Assembly (NCBI GenBank): GCA_963664395.2
Contig: OY761159.2
Coordinates: 4,192,001 to 4,256,000, forward strand
Reading direction: 5' to 3'
Origin: Candidatus Binatia bacterium
Lineage (GTDB): Bacteria; Desulfobacterota; Binatia; Bin18
DNA: 64,000 nucleotides
This document shows, piece after piece, positions 1-11,084 of the stretch (its first letter is position 1; each line of letters begins with the position of its first letter). The translations under genes were made by a program, and so were the position numbers. The notes under the pieces were generated by a model. It had not been told where the DNA came from. It worked only from the letters and a program-made list of their open reading frames with translations, and searched no databases.

Positions 1-892
1 GCTCATCACGGTGAAAGATATTGAGAAAACGAGCCAGCATCCAAATGCGTGCAAGGATGAGTATGGGCGTCTGCGGGTCGCGGCCGCCATTGGCACAGGT
101 GATGATTGGGAGGCCCGGACGGAATCCGTCATTGAGGCGGGGGCTGATGTGGTCATTCTTGATACGGCTCACGGTCACACGACCAGCGTAGTTGAGACGG
201 TCAGATCTCTCAAACAAAATTTTAGGGGACTAGAGGTCGTGGCGGGCAATGTCGCCACCGCTGAGGGCGCGCAAGCGCTGATCGAGGCGGGTGCAGACGG
301 TATTAAAGTGGGTATGGGGCCGGCGTCTATCTGCACCACGCGGGTTGTCTCGGGCGTTGGCGTGCCGCAACTGACGGCAGTGGTGGACACGGTCCGTGTT
401 GCCGAACGCGCCGGCGTGCCGGTGATTTCTGACGGCGGGATTCGTTTTTCCGGCGATATTGTGAAGGCCTTAGCCGCAGGCGCGCAGGCGGTGATGATCG
501 GCAGCCTCTTCGCTGGCACAGAAGAAAGCCCGGGCGAGACAATTCTGTATCAGGGCCGTTCGTATAAACAGTACCGGGGCATGGGCTCGCTTGAGGCCAT
601 GCGTGAGCGGGAAGGGAGCCGTAACCGGTATTTTCAAGATGCTGAGGAAAGCGCCGGCAAGCTTGTGCCCGAGGGAATTGAAGGTCGAGTGCCGTACAAG
701 GGTCCCTTATCGGTCGTCGTAGACCAGCTTGTTGGCGGCCTGAAAGCCGGCATGGGCTATACCGGCTGCCGCAACCTGGAGGAGCTCAGAACCAAGGTCA
801 AATTTGTCCGTGTCTCTCCGGCAGGGTTGCGGGAAAACCACGTCCACGACGTGATTATCACCAAAGAAGCGCCAAATTATCAGTTGGAGTAG
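1..892 (+). CDS. guaB: IMP dehydrogenase (5' end outside window)
   Basis: Catalytic loop [25 protein letters not shown] and [12 protein letters not shown] motifs; frame open to the window edge; followed by guaA. Confidence 0.97.
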   Translation, partial: LITVKDIEKTSQHPNACKDEYGRLRVAAAIGTGDDWEARTESVIEAGADVVILDTAHGHTTSVVETVRSLKQNFRGLEVVAGNVATAEGAQALIEAGADGIKVGMGPASICTTRVVSGVGVPQLTAVVDTVRVAERAGVPVISDGGIRFSGDIVKALAAGAQAVMIGSLFAGTEESPGETILYQGRSYKQYRGMGSLEAMREREGSRNRYFQDAEESAGKLVPEGIEGRVPYKGPLSVVVDQLVGGLKAGMGYTGCRNLEELRTKVKFVRVSPAGLRENHVHDVIITKEAPNYQLE

Positions 893-963
893 TGGGTGCG
901 ATTGGGCATGTAGCCCACCCTCTGTTGGGGGATGGTGCGCCATATCCGTATGACCATCCGTGA

Positions 964-2502
964 TTGGCAGTTATGATTCTTGTTCTTGATTTCGGTAGTC
1001 AGTATACGCAGCTGATTGCCCGACGCATTCGCGAAGCTCACGTCTACTGCGAGATCCATCCATACAATATTTCTGTGGAACATATTCAGGCCATGAACCC
1101 CGAGGGTATTGTCCTGTCAGGTGGGCCGGCCAGTGTGTATGATGAAGACGCCCCGGAGTTAGCCGCTCCAATACTCGGTATTCCTGTTCCGTTTTTGGGT
1201 ATCTGCTATGGCATGGGCGTTCTTCACCAACTGGCCGGGGGGCATGTTGCCCAGGCGGAACGACGCGAGTTTGGTCCGGCCCAACTTATTGTTGACGATG
1301 CGACCGATCTGTTCGCCGGTTTTTCAGCTACGGCATCGACACAAGTCTGGATGAGCCATGGTGATAAAATGGAATCCCTGCCGCCCGGCTGGAAGGTTTT
1401 GGCCCATTCGGACAATTCGCCCATAGCCGCCTGCCGCGATGATGCCGGTCGCTGCTTCGGTGTCCAGTTCCACCCCGAAGTTGTGCATACTGAGCGGGGG
1501 AAAGATGTCCTGCATAACTTTCTTTTTCAGATTTGTGGCTGTGCCGCGGACTGGACCATGGAAGGATTTATCGAACGCGAAATACAGCGCATTCGTGACC
1601 AGGTTGGAGACCGACGGGTCGTGTGTGGTCTGAGCGGCGGTGTTGATTCAGCTGTTGTCGCCCTCTTGATACATCGGGCGATTGGCGACCGCCTGACCTG
1701 TATCTTTGTTGACAACGGCCTATTGCGCCAGGGTGAAGCGGACAGTGTTGTGCGCGTGTTTTCTCAATTGAGACTTCATTTACGACCAGTCGAAGCAGCT
1801 GAGCGTTTTCTTGAGCGACTCGCCGGGGTTGACGACCCGGAACAAAAGCGGCGCATTATCGGCCACGTCTTTATTGAGGTGTTTGAAGAAGAGGCCGCCT
1901 CACTGCCGGATGTGGAATTCCTGGCCCAAGGGACGCTGTATCCTGACGTGATTGAATCCGTTTCTTTTAAGGGACCGGCGGCCACTATTAAGAGCCATCA
2001 CAATGTAGGCGGCCTGCCGGAACGGATGCGTCTCACCCTGGTGGAACCGCTGCGAGAATTATTCAAAGATGAAGTGCGGGGGCTGGGCCGTCTGCTTGGT
2101 CTCTCCGAGGAAATCGTCGGCCGCCAGCCTTTTCCTGGGCCAGGTTTGGCTATTCGCATATTAGGCCCGGTTCGGGCCGAGCTCTTGGGCCTGCTGCGCG
2201 CAGCGGACGCTATTGTAGACGAAGAAATTCGCGCGGCGGGCTATTACGATCGGGTCTGGCAAGCCTTTGCCGTTTTATTACCGGTCAAGACGGTTGGCGT
2301 CATGGGTGATGCTCGGACATATGAGTATGTTGTTGCCATACGGGCCGTTGAGAGCGTGGACGGGATGACCGCGGATTGGGCGCGTTTACCCGGCGAGCTG
2401 CTCGGCACAATATCCAATCGTATTATTAACGAAGTCCGGGGCATCAACCGGGTCGTCTACGACATTTCTTCAAAACCACCGGCAACCATTGAATGGGAAT
2501 GA
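964..2502 (+). CDS. guaA: GMP synthase (glutamine-hydrolysing); start may be ATG 973
   Basis: [41 protein letters not shown] and C-terminal [10 protein letters not shown]. Confidence 0.98.
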   Translation: MAVMILVLDFGSQYTQLIARRIREAHVYCEIHPYNISVEHIQAMNPEGIVLSGGPASVYDEDAPELAAPILGIPVPFLGICYGMGVLHQLAGGHVAQAERREFGPAQLIVDDATDLFAGFSATASTQVWMSHGDKMESLPPGWKVLAHSDNSPIAACRDDAGRCFGVQFHPEVVHTERGKDVLHNFLFQICGCAADWTMEGFIEREIQRIRDQVGDRRVVCGLSGGVDSAVVALLIHRAIGDRLTCIFVDNGLLRQGEADSVVRVFSQLRLHLRPVEAAERFLERLAGVDDPEQKRRIIGHVFIEVFEEEAASLPDVEFLAQGTLYPDVIESVSFKGPAATIKSHHNVGGLPERMRLTLVEPLRELFKDEVRGLGRLLGLSEEIVGRQPFPGPGLAIRILGPVRAELLGLLRAADAIVDEEIRAAGYYDRVWQAFAVLLPVKTVGVMGDARTYEYVVAIRAVESVDGMTADWARLPGELLGTISNRIINEVRGINRVVYDISSKPPATIEWE

Positions 2503-2517
2503 GGGGAGGCCGTAACG

Positions 2518-4614
2518 ATGGGGTTTGTACATCTCCATTTGCACACGCAGTATAGCTTGCTTGACGGTGCCAATAAGGTCTCAAAGCTGATGCCGCGGGT
2601 GGCGGAACACGGCATGTCGGCGGTGGCCATGACCGATCACGGCAATATGTTCGGTGCGATCGATTTTTATCGGACCGCGGCCAGTCACGGCATTAAACCT
2701 ATCATTGGCTGTGAGATGTATGTCGCGCCCAAGAGCCGTTTTGACAAGCAGCCCGTGGGCGCGGACGACCTGGAGCATGGCGGGAATTTTCATCTTATTC
2801 TGCTGGCCATGAATCTGGAGGGCTACCGGAATCTCTGCCGCCTGGTGACGGCCGGATTTACTGAAGGCTTCTATCGGAAACCCCGCGTTGATCGCGAACT
2901 GCTGCGCGAACTGAATAGTGGCCTCATCGCTCTGTCCGGCTGTCTGAGTGGAGAATTGGCCAGAGCCATGCTGCGGGACGATGGCAAACGCGCCCGCGCC
3001 GCGGCCGAAGAATATGCGTCGATTTTTAATGATCGTTTTTATGTCGAGATTCAGGCTAATCATCTGCCGGAACAGGAAAAGGTCAACCCGGCCCTGATTG
3101 AACTTGCCCGAGAGCTCTCACTGCCCCTTGTTGCCACAAATGACTGTCATTATTTGAAAGCTGAGGATTCTGAAGCGCACGAAGTCCTGCTGTGCATCCA
3201 AAGTGCCAAGGTGATGTCCGATGAGAATCGCTGGCGGTTTGGGACAGACCAACTCTATGTCAAAACCCCAGAGGAAATGGAAGCAGAGTTTTCCCATTGT
3301 CCCGACGCTGTCACAAATACAGTCAACGTAGCGGACCGGTGCAATCTCGAACTGTCCTTTGGCAACTTCTATTTCCCGAACTACGATGTTCAGCTCGGTG
3401 GAACGCTTGAAGAATGTTTAGAACAGACGGCGCGCGAAGGATTGGAAGAACGCCTCGTACCACTCCGGGCAGCTGAAGGCTGGCAGACCGATAAAGAATC
3501 TGAGTATCAGGACCGCCTGGCCTATGAACTCAAAATCGTGGGTGAAATGGGCTTTCCCGGCTACTTCCTGATTGTTGCCGACTTTATTGGTTACGCCAAG
3601 TCGCAGGGGATTCCGGTTGGTCCGGGCCGTGGGTCGGCGGCTGGTAGCCTGGTCGCCTATGCGCTCAAGATTACGGACGTTGACCCTATCCGCTACCAGT
3701 TGCTGTTTGAGCGATTTCTGAATCCGGGCCGGAAGAGTATGCCCGATATCGATGTTGACTTTTGCTACGAACGGCGGGACGAGGTCATCCGCTATATCAA
3801 AGATAAATACGGCGAGGACAAGGTCGCTCAGATTATTACTTTCGGAACGCTCAAAGGCAAACAAGCCATTAAAGACGTGGGCCGCGCTTTAGAGTTCTCG
3901 TACGGTGAAACAGACCGCATTGCGAAGCTCTATCCCGCGCCAAAACAGGGCAAGGATCACCCGTTAGAGACCGCGCTCGAGATGGAACCGCGCTTGCGCG
4001 AGGTGCGCGAACGCGGGGAGCGTGAGCAAAAGCTGTTTGAGCACTCACTGAAACTCGAGGGATTGTTGCGCCACGCCTCCAAACATGCGGCGGGGATTGT
4101 GATTTCTCCTACTCCTCTCGTCGAGCACCTGCCCCTGTATCTTGACAAGGAAAAGCATATCCTGACCCAATATGCCGGTCCGGATGTCGATACCATTGGT
4201 CTGATTAAGTTCGATTTTCTGGGCTTAAAAACATTGACACTTATTCACGACGTGGTCAGGCGGATTGCAGAGGGTCGAGACATTACTATTGATCTGAGTG
4301 CGATTCCGATTGATGACAGGGCGACCTATCGGGGGCTGACGCGAGGTGACACGGTCGGCGTCTTCCAGATGGAAGGCAGTGGTATTCGCAAGCTGATTAC
4401 GCAGCTCAAGCCGAACTGCTTTGAAGATATTTTTGCGGTGATTGCGCTGTTTCGACCCGGACCGCTCGATAGCGGTGCAGCCGAACAATTTATTAAGCGC
4501 AAACATGGCAAAGAGTCGGTGTCCTATCCTCACCCCTTGCTTGAGCCTGTTCTCAAAGAAACCTATGGGGTCACGATTTACCAAGAACAAGTCATGCAGA
4601 TCGCACAGACCTAG
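2518..4614 (+). CDS. dnaE: DNA polymerase III alpha subunit, N-terminal part (frameshifted at ~4610)
   Basis: PHP motif HLHLHTQYSLLDGA, GPGRGSAAGS, catalytic MPDIDVDF, KFDFLGL; frame ends at TAG after QVMQIAQT. Confidence 0.95.
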   Translation: MGFVHLHLHTQYSLLDGANKVSKLMPRVAEHGMSAVAMTDHGNMFGAIDFYRTAASHGIKPIIGCEMYVAPKSRFDKQPVGADDLEHGGNFHLILLAMNLEGYRNLCRLVTAGFTEGFYRKPRVDRELLRELNSGLIALSGCLSGELARAMLRDDGKRARAAAEEYASIFNDRFYVEIQANHLPEQEKVNPALIELARELSLPLVATNDCHYLKAEDSEAHEVLLCIQSAKVMSDENRWRFGTDQLYVKTPEEMEAEFSHCPDAVTNTVNVADRCNLELSFGNFYFPNYDVQLGGTLEECLEQTAREGLEERLVPLRAAEGWQTDKESEYQDRLAYELKIVGEMGFPGYFLIVADFIGYAKSQGIPVGPGRGSAAGSLVAYALKITDVDPIRYQLLFERFLNPGRKSMPDIDVDFCYERRDEVIRYIKDKYGEDKVAQIITFGTLKGKQAIKDVGRALEFSYGETDRIAKLYPAPKQGKDHPLETALEMEPRLREVRERGEREQKLFEHSLKLEGLLRHASKHAAGIVISPTPLVEHLPLYLDKEKHILTQYAGPDVDTIGLIKFDFLGLKTLTLIHDVVRRIAEGRDITIDLSAIPIDDRATYRGLTRGDTVGVFQMEGSGIRKLITQLKPNCFEDIFAVIALFRPGPLDSGAAEQFIKRKHGKESVSYPHPLLEPVLKETYGVTIYQEQVMQIAQT

Positions 4615-5981
4615 CCGGGTACTCTTTGAGCGATGCAGATAATTTGCGTCGCGCCATGGGGAAAAAGAAAAAGGAAGTCATGCAGGAGGAGCGGGCTAAA
4701 TTCCTGAAGGGCGCTGCGGAGAATAAGATCAAGGATAGATTAGCCAGAGAAATTTTTGACGCGATGGAGACTTTTGCCGCCTATGGGTTCAATAAATCCC
4801 ACGCGGCATCCTATGCCTTGATTTCCTATCAAACGGCCTATTTGAAAACCCACTTCCCGCAAGAATTCATGGCGGCACTCACTAGTCTGGAAATGGGCGA
4901 TACCAATAAAACGTATAAAAACATTGCAGAATGCCGGGTACATAATATTCCGGTTCTTCCACCCGATGTGAATGAAAGCGGTGAGGATTTTACTGTTCGC
5001 GGCCAGACCATTCGCTTTGGACTGGGCGCGGTGAAGGGGATAGGATCGAAAGCGATCGAAGTGATTCAGGAAGCCCGCCAAGCTGGGCCATTTACGGACG
5101 TCTATGACTTTTGTACCAGGGTGCAAAGCTCGCAAGCGAATAAACGAGTGATGGAGAGTTTGATTAAATGCGGGGCGTTTGATTCGTTTCATACGTCCCG
5201 CGCTCAACTCCTGGCCGGCATTGAAGAGGCCATGCGCTGGGCCACCCAAAAGGCGAGCGGTCACAGCAATGCCAATCAGATGGGCTTATTTGTGAATGGC
5301 GGGGCTGACCCCGCCCATCCTGAGTTGCCTGGGGTTGAGGAATGGCCAGACATCGAGAAACTGAATAAAGAACGCGAGACGCTCGGCTTTTTTATCACCG
5401 GCCATCCGCTTGATAAATATGTTGGCCGACTGCACGGTGTGACCTCTCTGACCACGGCGGGGCTTAAAAGGCGGAGTCATCAAGAAAAAGTCCGTCTGGC
5501 CGGCGTGATTCAGTCTCTGAAACTCAAGAATAATAAAAAAGGAGATCGGTACGCGACCTATACCTTGGAGGACAAGGCCGGGGGCGTTGAAGTCATTGTG
5601 TGGCCGGAAGCCTATCGGCGGTATGAAGCCGAAGTCCATTCCGACCAGCCGGTCCTGGTGAGTGGATCACTTGATGCCGATGAAGATCGGTGTCAAATTA
5701 TTGCGAACGAGATCGTCCCGCTCGACTCTGTGGCGAAAGATGAAGTCGAGCAGGTGCATATCCAAGTGCCGGCTGATATCACGACCAAAGAAGATCTCGT
5801 TGCCCTAAAGACGGTGCTGACTGAACATCAGGGCCAGTGCCATACGTTCTTGCACTTGCTCCGCCCGGACCATTCTGAAACTGTTATCTCATTGCCAGAA
5901 CAACTCAAGGTTGCGCCGACTGAGGCGATGCTGACCGCCGTCGAACAATTGTTTGGCAGCGGGGTCGCGTCGTTTCGGTAA
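4611..5981 (+). CDS. dnaE: DNA polymerase III alpha subunit, C-terminal part (-1 frame continuation)
   Basis: From 4611 the frame reads [20 protein letters not shown], then [19 protein letters not shown], an OB fold and the C-terminal domain; collinear with the upstream part. Confidence 0.93.
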   Translation, partial: LAGYSLSDADNLRRAMGKKKKEVMQEERAKFLKGAAENKIKDRLAREIFDAMETFAAYGFNKSHAASYALISYQTAYLKTHFPQEFMAALTSLEMGDTNKTYKNIAECRVHNIPVLPPDVNESGEDFTVRGQTIRFGLGAVKGIGSKAIEVIQEARQAGPFTDVYDFCTRVQSSQANKRVMESLIKCGAFDSFHTSRAQLLAGIEEAMRWATQKASGHSNANQMGLFVNGGADPAHPELPGVEEWPDIEKLNKERETLGFFITGHPLDKYVGRLHGVTSLTTAGLKRRSHQEKVRLAGVIQSLKLKNNKKGDRYATYTLEDKAGGVEVIVWPEAYRRYEAEVHSDQPVLVSGSLDADEDRCQIIANEIVPLDSVAKDEVEQVHIQVPADITTKEDLVALKTVLTEHQGQCHTFLHLLRPDHSETVISLPEQLKVAPTEAMLTAVEQLFGSGVASFR

Positions 5982-6015
5982 GGTGCGTAAAGGAAGAAAA
6001 AGGAGACAACACTCT

Positions 6016-7404
6016 GTGGCTGACCGCCGGCATCAATACACACACACTGCACCACCGCCGGAGCACGCTTTTCTTGTGGGCGTAGAATATGGGGGGCCAA
6101 ATGGTGATGCGGGGGCGGTGTCCTTCTCAGCGAAAGAATCTCTCGAAGAGCTCGCCCGTCTGAGCGAGACCGCTGGCCTGACGATCTCAGGGCAGACTAT
6201 TCAGTGGCTGCGTAAAGGTATCCATCCCGCCTCGTTTATTGGGGCCGGCAAGGTTGAGGAAGTAAAACAGCTCCGGGAGGAACTCCAGGCTGGCGTTGTG
6301 ATATTTGACGATAGCTTGTCTCCAGCCCAGCAGCGCAATCTGGAGCGCGCGTTGTGCTGTAAGGTTATTGACCGGAGTCAGTTGATACTTGATATCTTTG
6401 CCCAACGAGCCCAAAGTCAAGCTGGCAAATTACAAGTCGAGCTTGCCCAGCTTGAATACCTGCGTCCCCGCCTCACACGCCAATGGACGCACCTGTCGCG
6501 CCTTGGTGGCGGGGTAGGGACACGTGGCCCTGGCGAATCGCAGCTTGAGGTGGACCGGCGTCGTGTTCGCGAGCGCATCGCTACCTTGCGACGCAAACTG
6601 CGCGAGGTCGAACGAACCCGCTCCCTGCATCGGCAGGAACGGGGGCGGGTCCCGTTCCCGTGCGTTGCTTTAGTCGGGTATACCAACGCAGGAAAATCGA
6701 CCTTGATGAATCGGCTGACCCACGCCGGGGTCTTTGTCGAGAATAAGCTGTTTGCTACGCTTGACCCAACGAGCCGTCGACTCAATCTTCCCAATGGTCA
6801 ACCTGCGATCCTTGTTGACACGGTGGGATTTATCAATAAACTTCCGCACCAACTCGTGGATGCGTTCAAAGGGACGTTAGAAGAGGTGCGGACGGCTGAT
6901 GTGCTCCTGCACGTGATTGATGCAACCCATCCTCGTTGGACTGAGCATCAAAAAATTGTCGAGCGTGTACTCGAAGATATTAGGGTCAGGAACACACCGA
7001 TGATAACTGTTCTCAATAAGATTGATGGGCTGACTCAGGTGTCAGATTGTCATGCCCCATGTGATGCCGAATTTGATGCTGATGACTGGTGGGTCTCTCC
7101 ACATACGACGAACGGGCACCGTCATGACCGGGATACGGTGTTTCGCATCTCTGCAAAACAAGGGATTGGCATTGATCCGCTTGTAGAGGAAATCGCCCGT
7201 GTGTGTACGCTTGATCACGAGTTGATCCAGGTTGAGTTGCCGCTTGACAGTGGCGATCTTATGGCCTGGTTGCGACGAAGCGGAGTGGTGATAGAAGAAG
7301 CGTATACTGAGACCTGCGTGCAGGTTTCGACCCGCGTGTCCGCGAAAGTGGCAGGACAGCTCAAGAAACGTCTGGCACAGACTGGCCGGGTCGTTCAGGT
7401 CTAG
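6016..7404 (+). CDS. hflX: Ribosome-splitting GTPase HflX
   Basis: [26 protein letters not shown]1 [26 protein letters not shown]; GTG 6016 follows AGGAGA. Confidence 0.96.
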   Translation: MADRRHQYTHTAPPPEHAFLVGVEYGGPNGDAGAVSFSAKESLEELARLSETAGLTISGQTIQWLRKGIHPASFIGAGKVEEVKQLREELQAGVVIFDDSLSPAQQRNLERALCCKVIDRSQLILDIFAQRAQSQAGKLQVELAQLEYLRPRLTRQWTHLSRLGGGVGTRGPGESQLEVDRRRVRERIATLRRKLREVERTRSLHRQERGRVPFPCVALVGYTNAGKSTLMNRLTHAGVFVENKLFATLDPTSRRLNLPNGQPAILVDTVGFINKLPHQLVDAFKGTLEEVRTADVLLHVIDATHPRWTEHQKIVERVLEDIRVRNTPMITVLNKIDGLTQVSDCHAPCDAEFDADDWWVSPHTTNGHRHDRDTVFRISAKQGIGIDPLVEEIARVCTLDHELIQVELPLDSGDLMAWLRRSGVVIEEAYTETCVQVSTRVSAKVAGQLKKRLAQTGRVVQV

Positions 7405-7432
7405 ATATCAAAAAAGGTTATTTCTTATTACA

Positions 7433-8005
7433 GTGTTTTCTGTACTCAATCTTCCAAACCTGATTACCCTATTACGCATAGGGGCTATTCCGATCTTTTT
7501 GATCCTGCTGGTGGACGAGCGTTACACGGAAGCGCTGATCGTTTTTATTCTTGCCGGCATTACCGACGCACTCGATGGTTTGCTTGCCCGCTGGCTGGAC
7601 GCGCGCACGACCTTAGGCGCCTTCATTGATCCCCTGGCCGATAAACTGCTTCTGGTGAGCTCCTTTGTCATTCTCGCCTTTTTAGGTGATATTCCTCGCT
7701 GGCTTGCGGTCCTGGTCATCATGCGGGATGTTATTATTCTGATTGGCTATAGTGTGCTGTTTTTTGTCACGGGCCATGCCATCGAAGTCCGTCCGACGCT
7801 CATTGGCAAGACCAGTACCTTTTTTCAGTTGTTGACGGTCATCATGGCCCTGGTCGCCCTGCATAATGCCGCTTGGCAAATTCCACTCCTGCGGGATACC
7901 AGCGAGATTCTTGCCGGAGCCACCGTCACTATCTCGGGATTTCAGTATTTATCGCGCGGCTTCAGGTGGTTTAATGAACAGGAAGAGAAGCTGTTGACGC
8001 CGTAG
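7433..8005 (+). CDS. CDP-alcohol phosphatidyltransferase (PgsA-like)
   Basis: NLPNLITLLR and the D-x2-DG-x2-AR...G-x3-D-x3-D signature (TDALDGLLAR...GAFIDPLADK); hydrophobic. Confidence 0.9.
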   Translation: MFSVLNLPNLITLLRIGAIPIFLILLVDERYTEALIVFILAGITDALDGLLARWLDARTTLGAFIDPLADKLLLVSSFVILAFLGDIPRWLAVLVIMRDVIILIGYSVLFFVTGHAIEVRPTLIGKTSTFFQLLTVIMALVALHNAAWQIPLLRDTSEILAGATVTISGFQYLSRGFRWFNEQEEKLLTP

Positions 8006-8105
8006 TCGAGGTGACACCCGCCCCACGGGTTTCAAAGCGTTTGTTCAAGTAGCTCCAAAAGGATACAAGACGGGGAGTGGGCATAGATATAAAGGAGGAC
8101 AAGAC

Positions 8106-8780
8106 ATGCTGCACTTGCTCTATTTCATTACCAGAAAACCATCTTTGAGCGAGGAAGAGTTTCATCGCTATTGGAAGGAAACCCACGGACCGATTGCCGT
8201 GCGTATTGCTCAGACGTGGCGCTATGAGCAGAGTCACCGCATTCCATTGGAGGGAACGAACTCGCCCTATGATGGTGCGGCGGAAGCCTGGATTGAGGAC
8301 CAGGCGGCGATGGATGCCCTGCGCACGAGTGCCGAATATGTGAACGGCGCGCTCGTCGATGAACCCAATTTCATTGATATGAATCGCGTGGAATGGTTGG
8401 TGACACAAGACCACATCATAAAGGACGGGCCGCAAACCCCGCATCAGGTGAAAGGCATTTTTCAGCTCAAACGAAAGCCGGGGATGAACCTTGAAGACTT
8501 TCGGAAATACTGGATTGAGGTCCACGGTCCGATCGTGTGTGAGCTGCCGGGTCTCCAGCGCTATGTGCAGTGCCATACCATCGACGCGGCCTATAGCTAT
8601 GCCGAGCCAAAATGGGACGGCGTGGCCCAACTCTGGGTCGAAGACTTGGCGGCTTGGGACAAGATGGTCAATTCAAAAGAATTTACTGAAGGCTCATGGC
8701 CGGATGGAGCGAAGTTCCTGGATCAAGAGGTGATTACCAATTTTATGGCCCAAGAGCATCAGGTCAAGTGGCCGGGGTAA
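8106..8780 (+). CDS. EthD-family protein with two tandem EthD domains
   Basis: Two internal repeats of RKPxxSxEEFxxYWxExHGPI...YxQxH...DGxAxxW; strong AAGGAGG RBS. Confidence 0.88.
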   Translation: MLHLLYFITRKPSLSEEEFHRYWKETHGPIAVRIAQTWRYEQSHRIPLEGTNSPYDGAAEAWIEDQAAMDALRTSAEYVNGALVDEPNFIDMNRVEWLVTQDHIIKDGPQTPHQVKGIFQLKRKPGMNLEDFRKYWIEVHGPIVCELPGLQRYVQCHTIDAAYSYAEPKWDGVAQLWVEDLAAWDKMVNSKEFTEGSWPDGAKFLDQEVITNFMAQEHQVKWPG

Positions 8781-10431
8781 GTCGAGACTTTTTATACTCG
8801 GTCCGCATCTCAGACTGTAGGCGACCTAAGCGATACGTCTGCCAATCGAGGAAGGTAGCGCTCCGGGCGAGGGTCGGATGGACCTCGCCGATGAGACGCC
8901 ACATCTCCTGGACAATAAAGCGATAGTCGGGGTGGCCCTGCGGCAGGGTGCGGAGTTCACCCAGATGAATGGCCTCGCGCAGGTTGAGTTTCATATACCA
9001 GCGGACCCGATAGGCAAACGGTACGACGTACTGAGCCTCGGACGGAAAATCTGCGCAGATTTTCTCATACACAGCGGCTGCCTGTTCCATGCACTCCGTA
9101 AATGGTGCCTGAAATCCCGCTTGCTTGATCTCAAGCGGCGTATCATAGCCATGTGCTGTGGTGAAATCCTGGCGCTCCTGGGTGAGTATCCTGTGTCGTT
9201 GCAGATCGCGGTAGAGTCCCAAATTACCGATGATGTCGAACGTATAATAATCGTGCTCAAGCGCGCGGCCAGGTTTGTCGCGACGATGCCGGCGTTGTCC
9301 AATATACTCGTCAAAAATCGATGTGCGCTTTTCCGGAGGCAGCTCTTTGACAATCGCCCGTAACTGACTGAGCGGAAGGCGTATGTTCGGATACAGAATA
9401 GCTGCGAGAATCTGATCTTCCGCGTCTTGGTCGTAGTCGATAAGACTGACCGGCCCAGTCGATTGAACAGCATATCCGTCCAGGAGTGTCTGCGCCAACG
9501 CCCGGGTATCAGCCGCTGTTTGCACCAAGTATTCATTACGTTGGGCACGCTTTACGAAAGATGGAATCAGAGTATTGAGGGCCGAGTGCATCGGCTCGGC
9601 AATGCCATGAGCTTCAGCAATATTCAGGGAATACAGCTTGTTGAGCAGGTGTTCAAACGCTTGGCCGACACCGAAGATGCCAACGTTCGTCAGGGTAGCT
9701 GCTGGGAGATAAGACCGAAGTATATCGCACGCTTGCGCCCTGACTGTCGAGCGATACGCGCCCTCGGCCCATCGTCTGAGGTTTTCGTCCTTTTGTGCGT
9801 CTTGATAGGTGAGGGGGTCGCCCGTTTGTGGATGTTTCCACTCAACTGTATCGATGGGTAGACTTTCTCGCACGAAGGCGATCATGGGCTCGATTTGGGC
9901 GGCATAGGTCTCGAACAAGTGGCGCATGCAGGTGAGATACGCCTTGCGATGCGACGAGCCCATGATCGTAGGTTCTTTATAGAATAGATAGTCGCCGTCC
10001 GGGCCTTTGTTATCAAACCGGACATAGCGTGTAGACTTCTCCAGCGGCGCGATGCCGATACGTGCATCTTCAAGAATCTTGGCTGCAACGTTTGAGATAT
10101 TTTCACAGGCAATATGCGCGCCACCAAGTTGAGCCACCGAGTCGTCACCGTAGCCAACCAAGACGCGGTCATAGAATGCCCGGGCCTTTTGGATTGCTTG
10201 GCTATCATCGTTTTGAGCGGCTCCGCCGCCAAACTGACTTACCGGCAGTTCCGCGTTGCCAAGAAATTCATCCAAAAAAATATGACGCAGGCCTTTTGAT
10301 GACCGGCTGTAGCGAGAGAAGAGGGCGCCGGCTACTTCCTGCGGGAGTTTAAGGCCAAAGATGGGTTCAGTCAGACTGGTGAAGAATGGGGCAAGCTTTT
10401 GCGTGTCTGCGGGAGAAAAGGCTTCGCTCAT
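8764..10431 (-). CDS. thyX: FAD-dependent thymidylate synthase, double-domain form
   Basis: ALFSRYSRS, GYGDDSVAQL and LEKSTRY in the N-half; RDLQRHR and RTLPQGHPDYR in the C-half; ~555 aa from ATG 10431. Confidence 0.88.
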   Translation of the reverse strand: MSEAFSPADTQKLAPFFTSLTEPIFGLKLPQEVAGALFSRYSRSSKGLRHIFLDEFLGNAELPVSQFGGGAAQNDDSQAIQKARAFYDRVLVGYGDDSVAQLGGAHIACENISNVAAKILEDARIGIAPLEKSTRYVRFDNKGPDGDYLFYKEPTIMGSSHRKAYLTCMRHLFETYAAQIEPMIAFVRESLPIDTVEWKHPQTGDPLTYQDAQKDENLRRWAEGAYRSTVRAQACDILRSYLPAATLTNVGIFGVGQAFEHLLNKLYSLNIAEAHGIAEPMHSALNTLIPSFVKRAQRNEYLVQTAADTRALAQTLLDGYAVQSTGPVSLIDYDQDAEDQILAAILYPNIRLPLSQLRAIVKELPPEKRTSIFDEYIGQRRHRRDKPGRALEHDYYTFDIIGNLGLYRDLQRHRILTQERQDFTTAHGYDTPLEIKQAGFQAPFTECMEQAAAVYEKICADFPSEAQYVVPFAYRVRWYMKLNLREAIHLGELRTLPQGHPDYRFIVQEMWRLIGEVHPTLARSATFLDWQTYRLGRLQSEMRTEYKKSRLTPAT

Positions 10432-10477
10432 AACGGCGAATCGTGGCTCTGCAATCGGGCGTTCAGCAACGTGACTC

Positions 10478-10981
10478 TTATTCAAGTTCCAAAAGGAGTT
10501 CTCCAGACTCGACCGTCTGGCCCGCCTCAACGTGAACGGCTTTGACCGTTCCGGCAATGGTAGCGCGGATTTCGTTTTCCATTTTCATGGCTTCGATGAT
10601 GATTACGCCTTGGTCTTTTTCCACTGCATCGCCCGCATGAACCAGGAGTTCGACCACTTTACCCGGCATCATCGAACAGACTTCTTTTTCCCCCGCTCCC
10701 CTCAGACTCGCGCCGACTCCGCCCCGGCGGGCTTTGCGTTCATCGAGCACACCGACCTGAAAGCTTTTGCCCTCATAGGCGACTGTATATTCATCGTCCT
10801 TTTCCGCTACATCGACTGTAAACGACTGGTTCTCAACAATGAGCGAGTACATATGGCCGGTCAATTGTCTGCCATCGATAATATGCTCTTCATCGTCGAT
10901 TACTATTTTGTACTGGTGCTCGTCCAACTCGTGTACGCTGATGGTATAGGTTTGGTCGCCGAGCGTTGCTTTATAGGCCAT
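10478..10981 (-). CDS. Biotin carboxyl carrier subunit of acyl-CoA carboxylase
   Basis: MPGKVV and EAMKMENE biotinylation motif. Confidence 0.93.
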   Translation of the reverse strand: MAYKATLGDQTYTISVHELDEHQYKIVIDDEEHIIDGRQLTGHMYSLIVENQSFTVDVAEKDDEYTVAYEGKSFQVGVLDERKARRGGVGASLRGAGEKEVCSMMPGKVVELLVHAGDAVEKDQGVIIIEAMKMENEIRATIAGTVKAVHVEAGQTVESGELLLELE

Positions 10982-11084
10982 AAAGATGCAGTCCTTGACT
11001 GTAATTTTTATGAATATACAGGATTTACGCTGATTCCCTCTGGGAGAGGGCTAGGACTCTTTTTTTGACATTGCTTTTCGTTCG

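Noticed and set aside
4770-4810. Split-intein explanation for the two dnaE ORFs
   Set aside because: The usual intein insertion site is intact (AYGFNKSH), no intein motifs flank the break, and the two parts are collinear with a 1-nt shift.
11035-11051. ccctctgggagaggg palindrome as a REP/MITE family
   Set aside because: It is a short single hairpin; similar G-rich stretches (48900, 53553) are too degenerate to define a family within this window.
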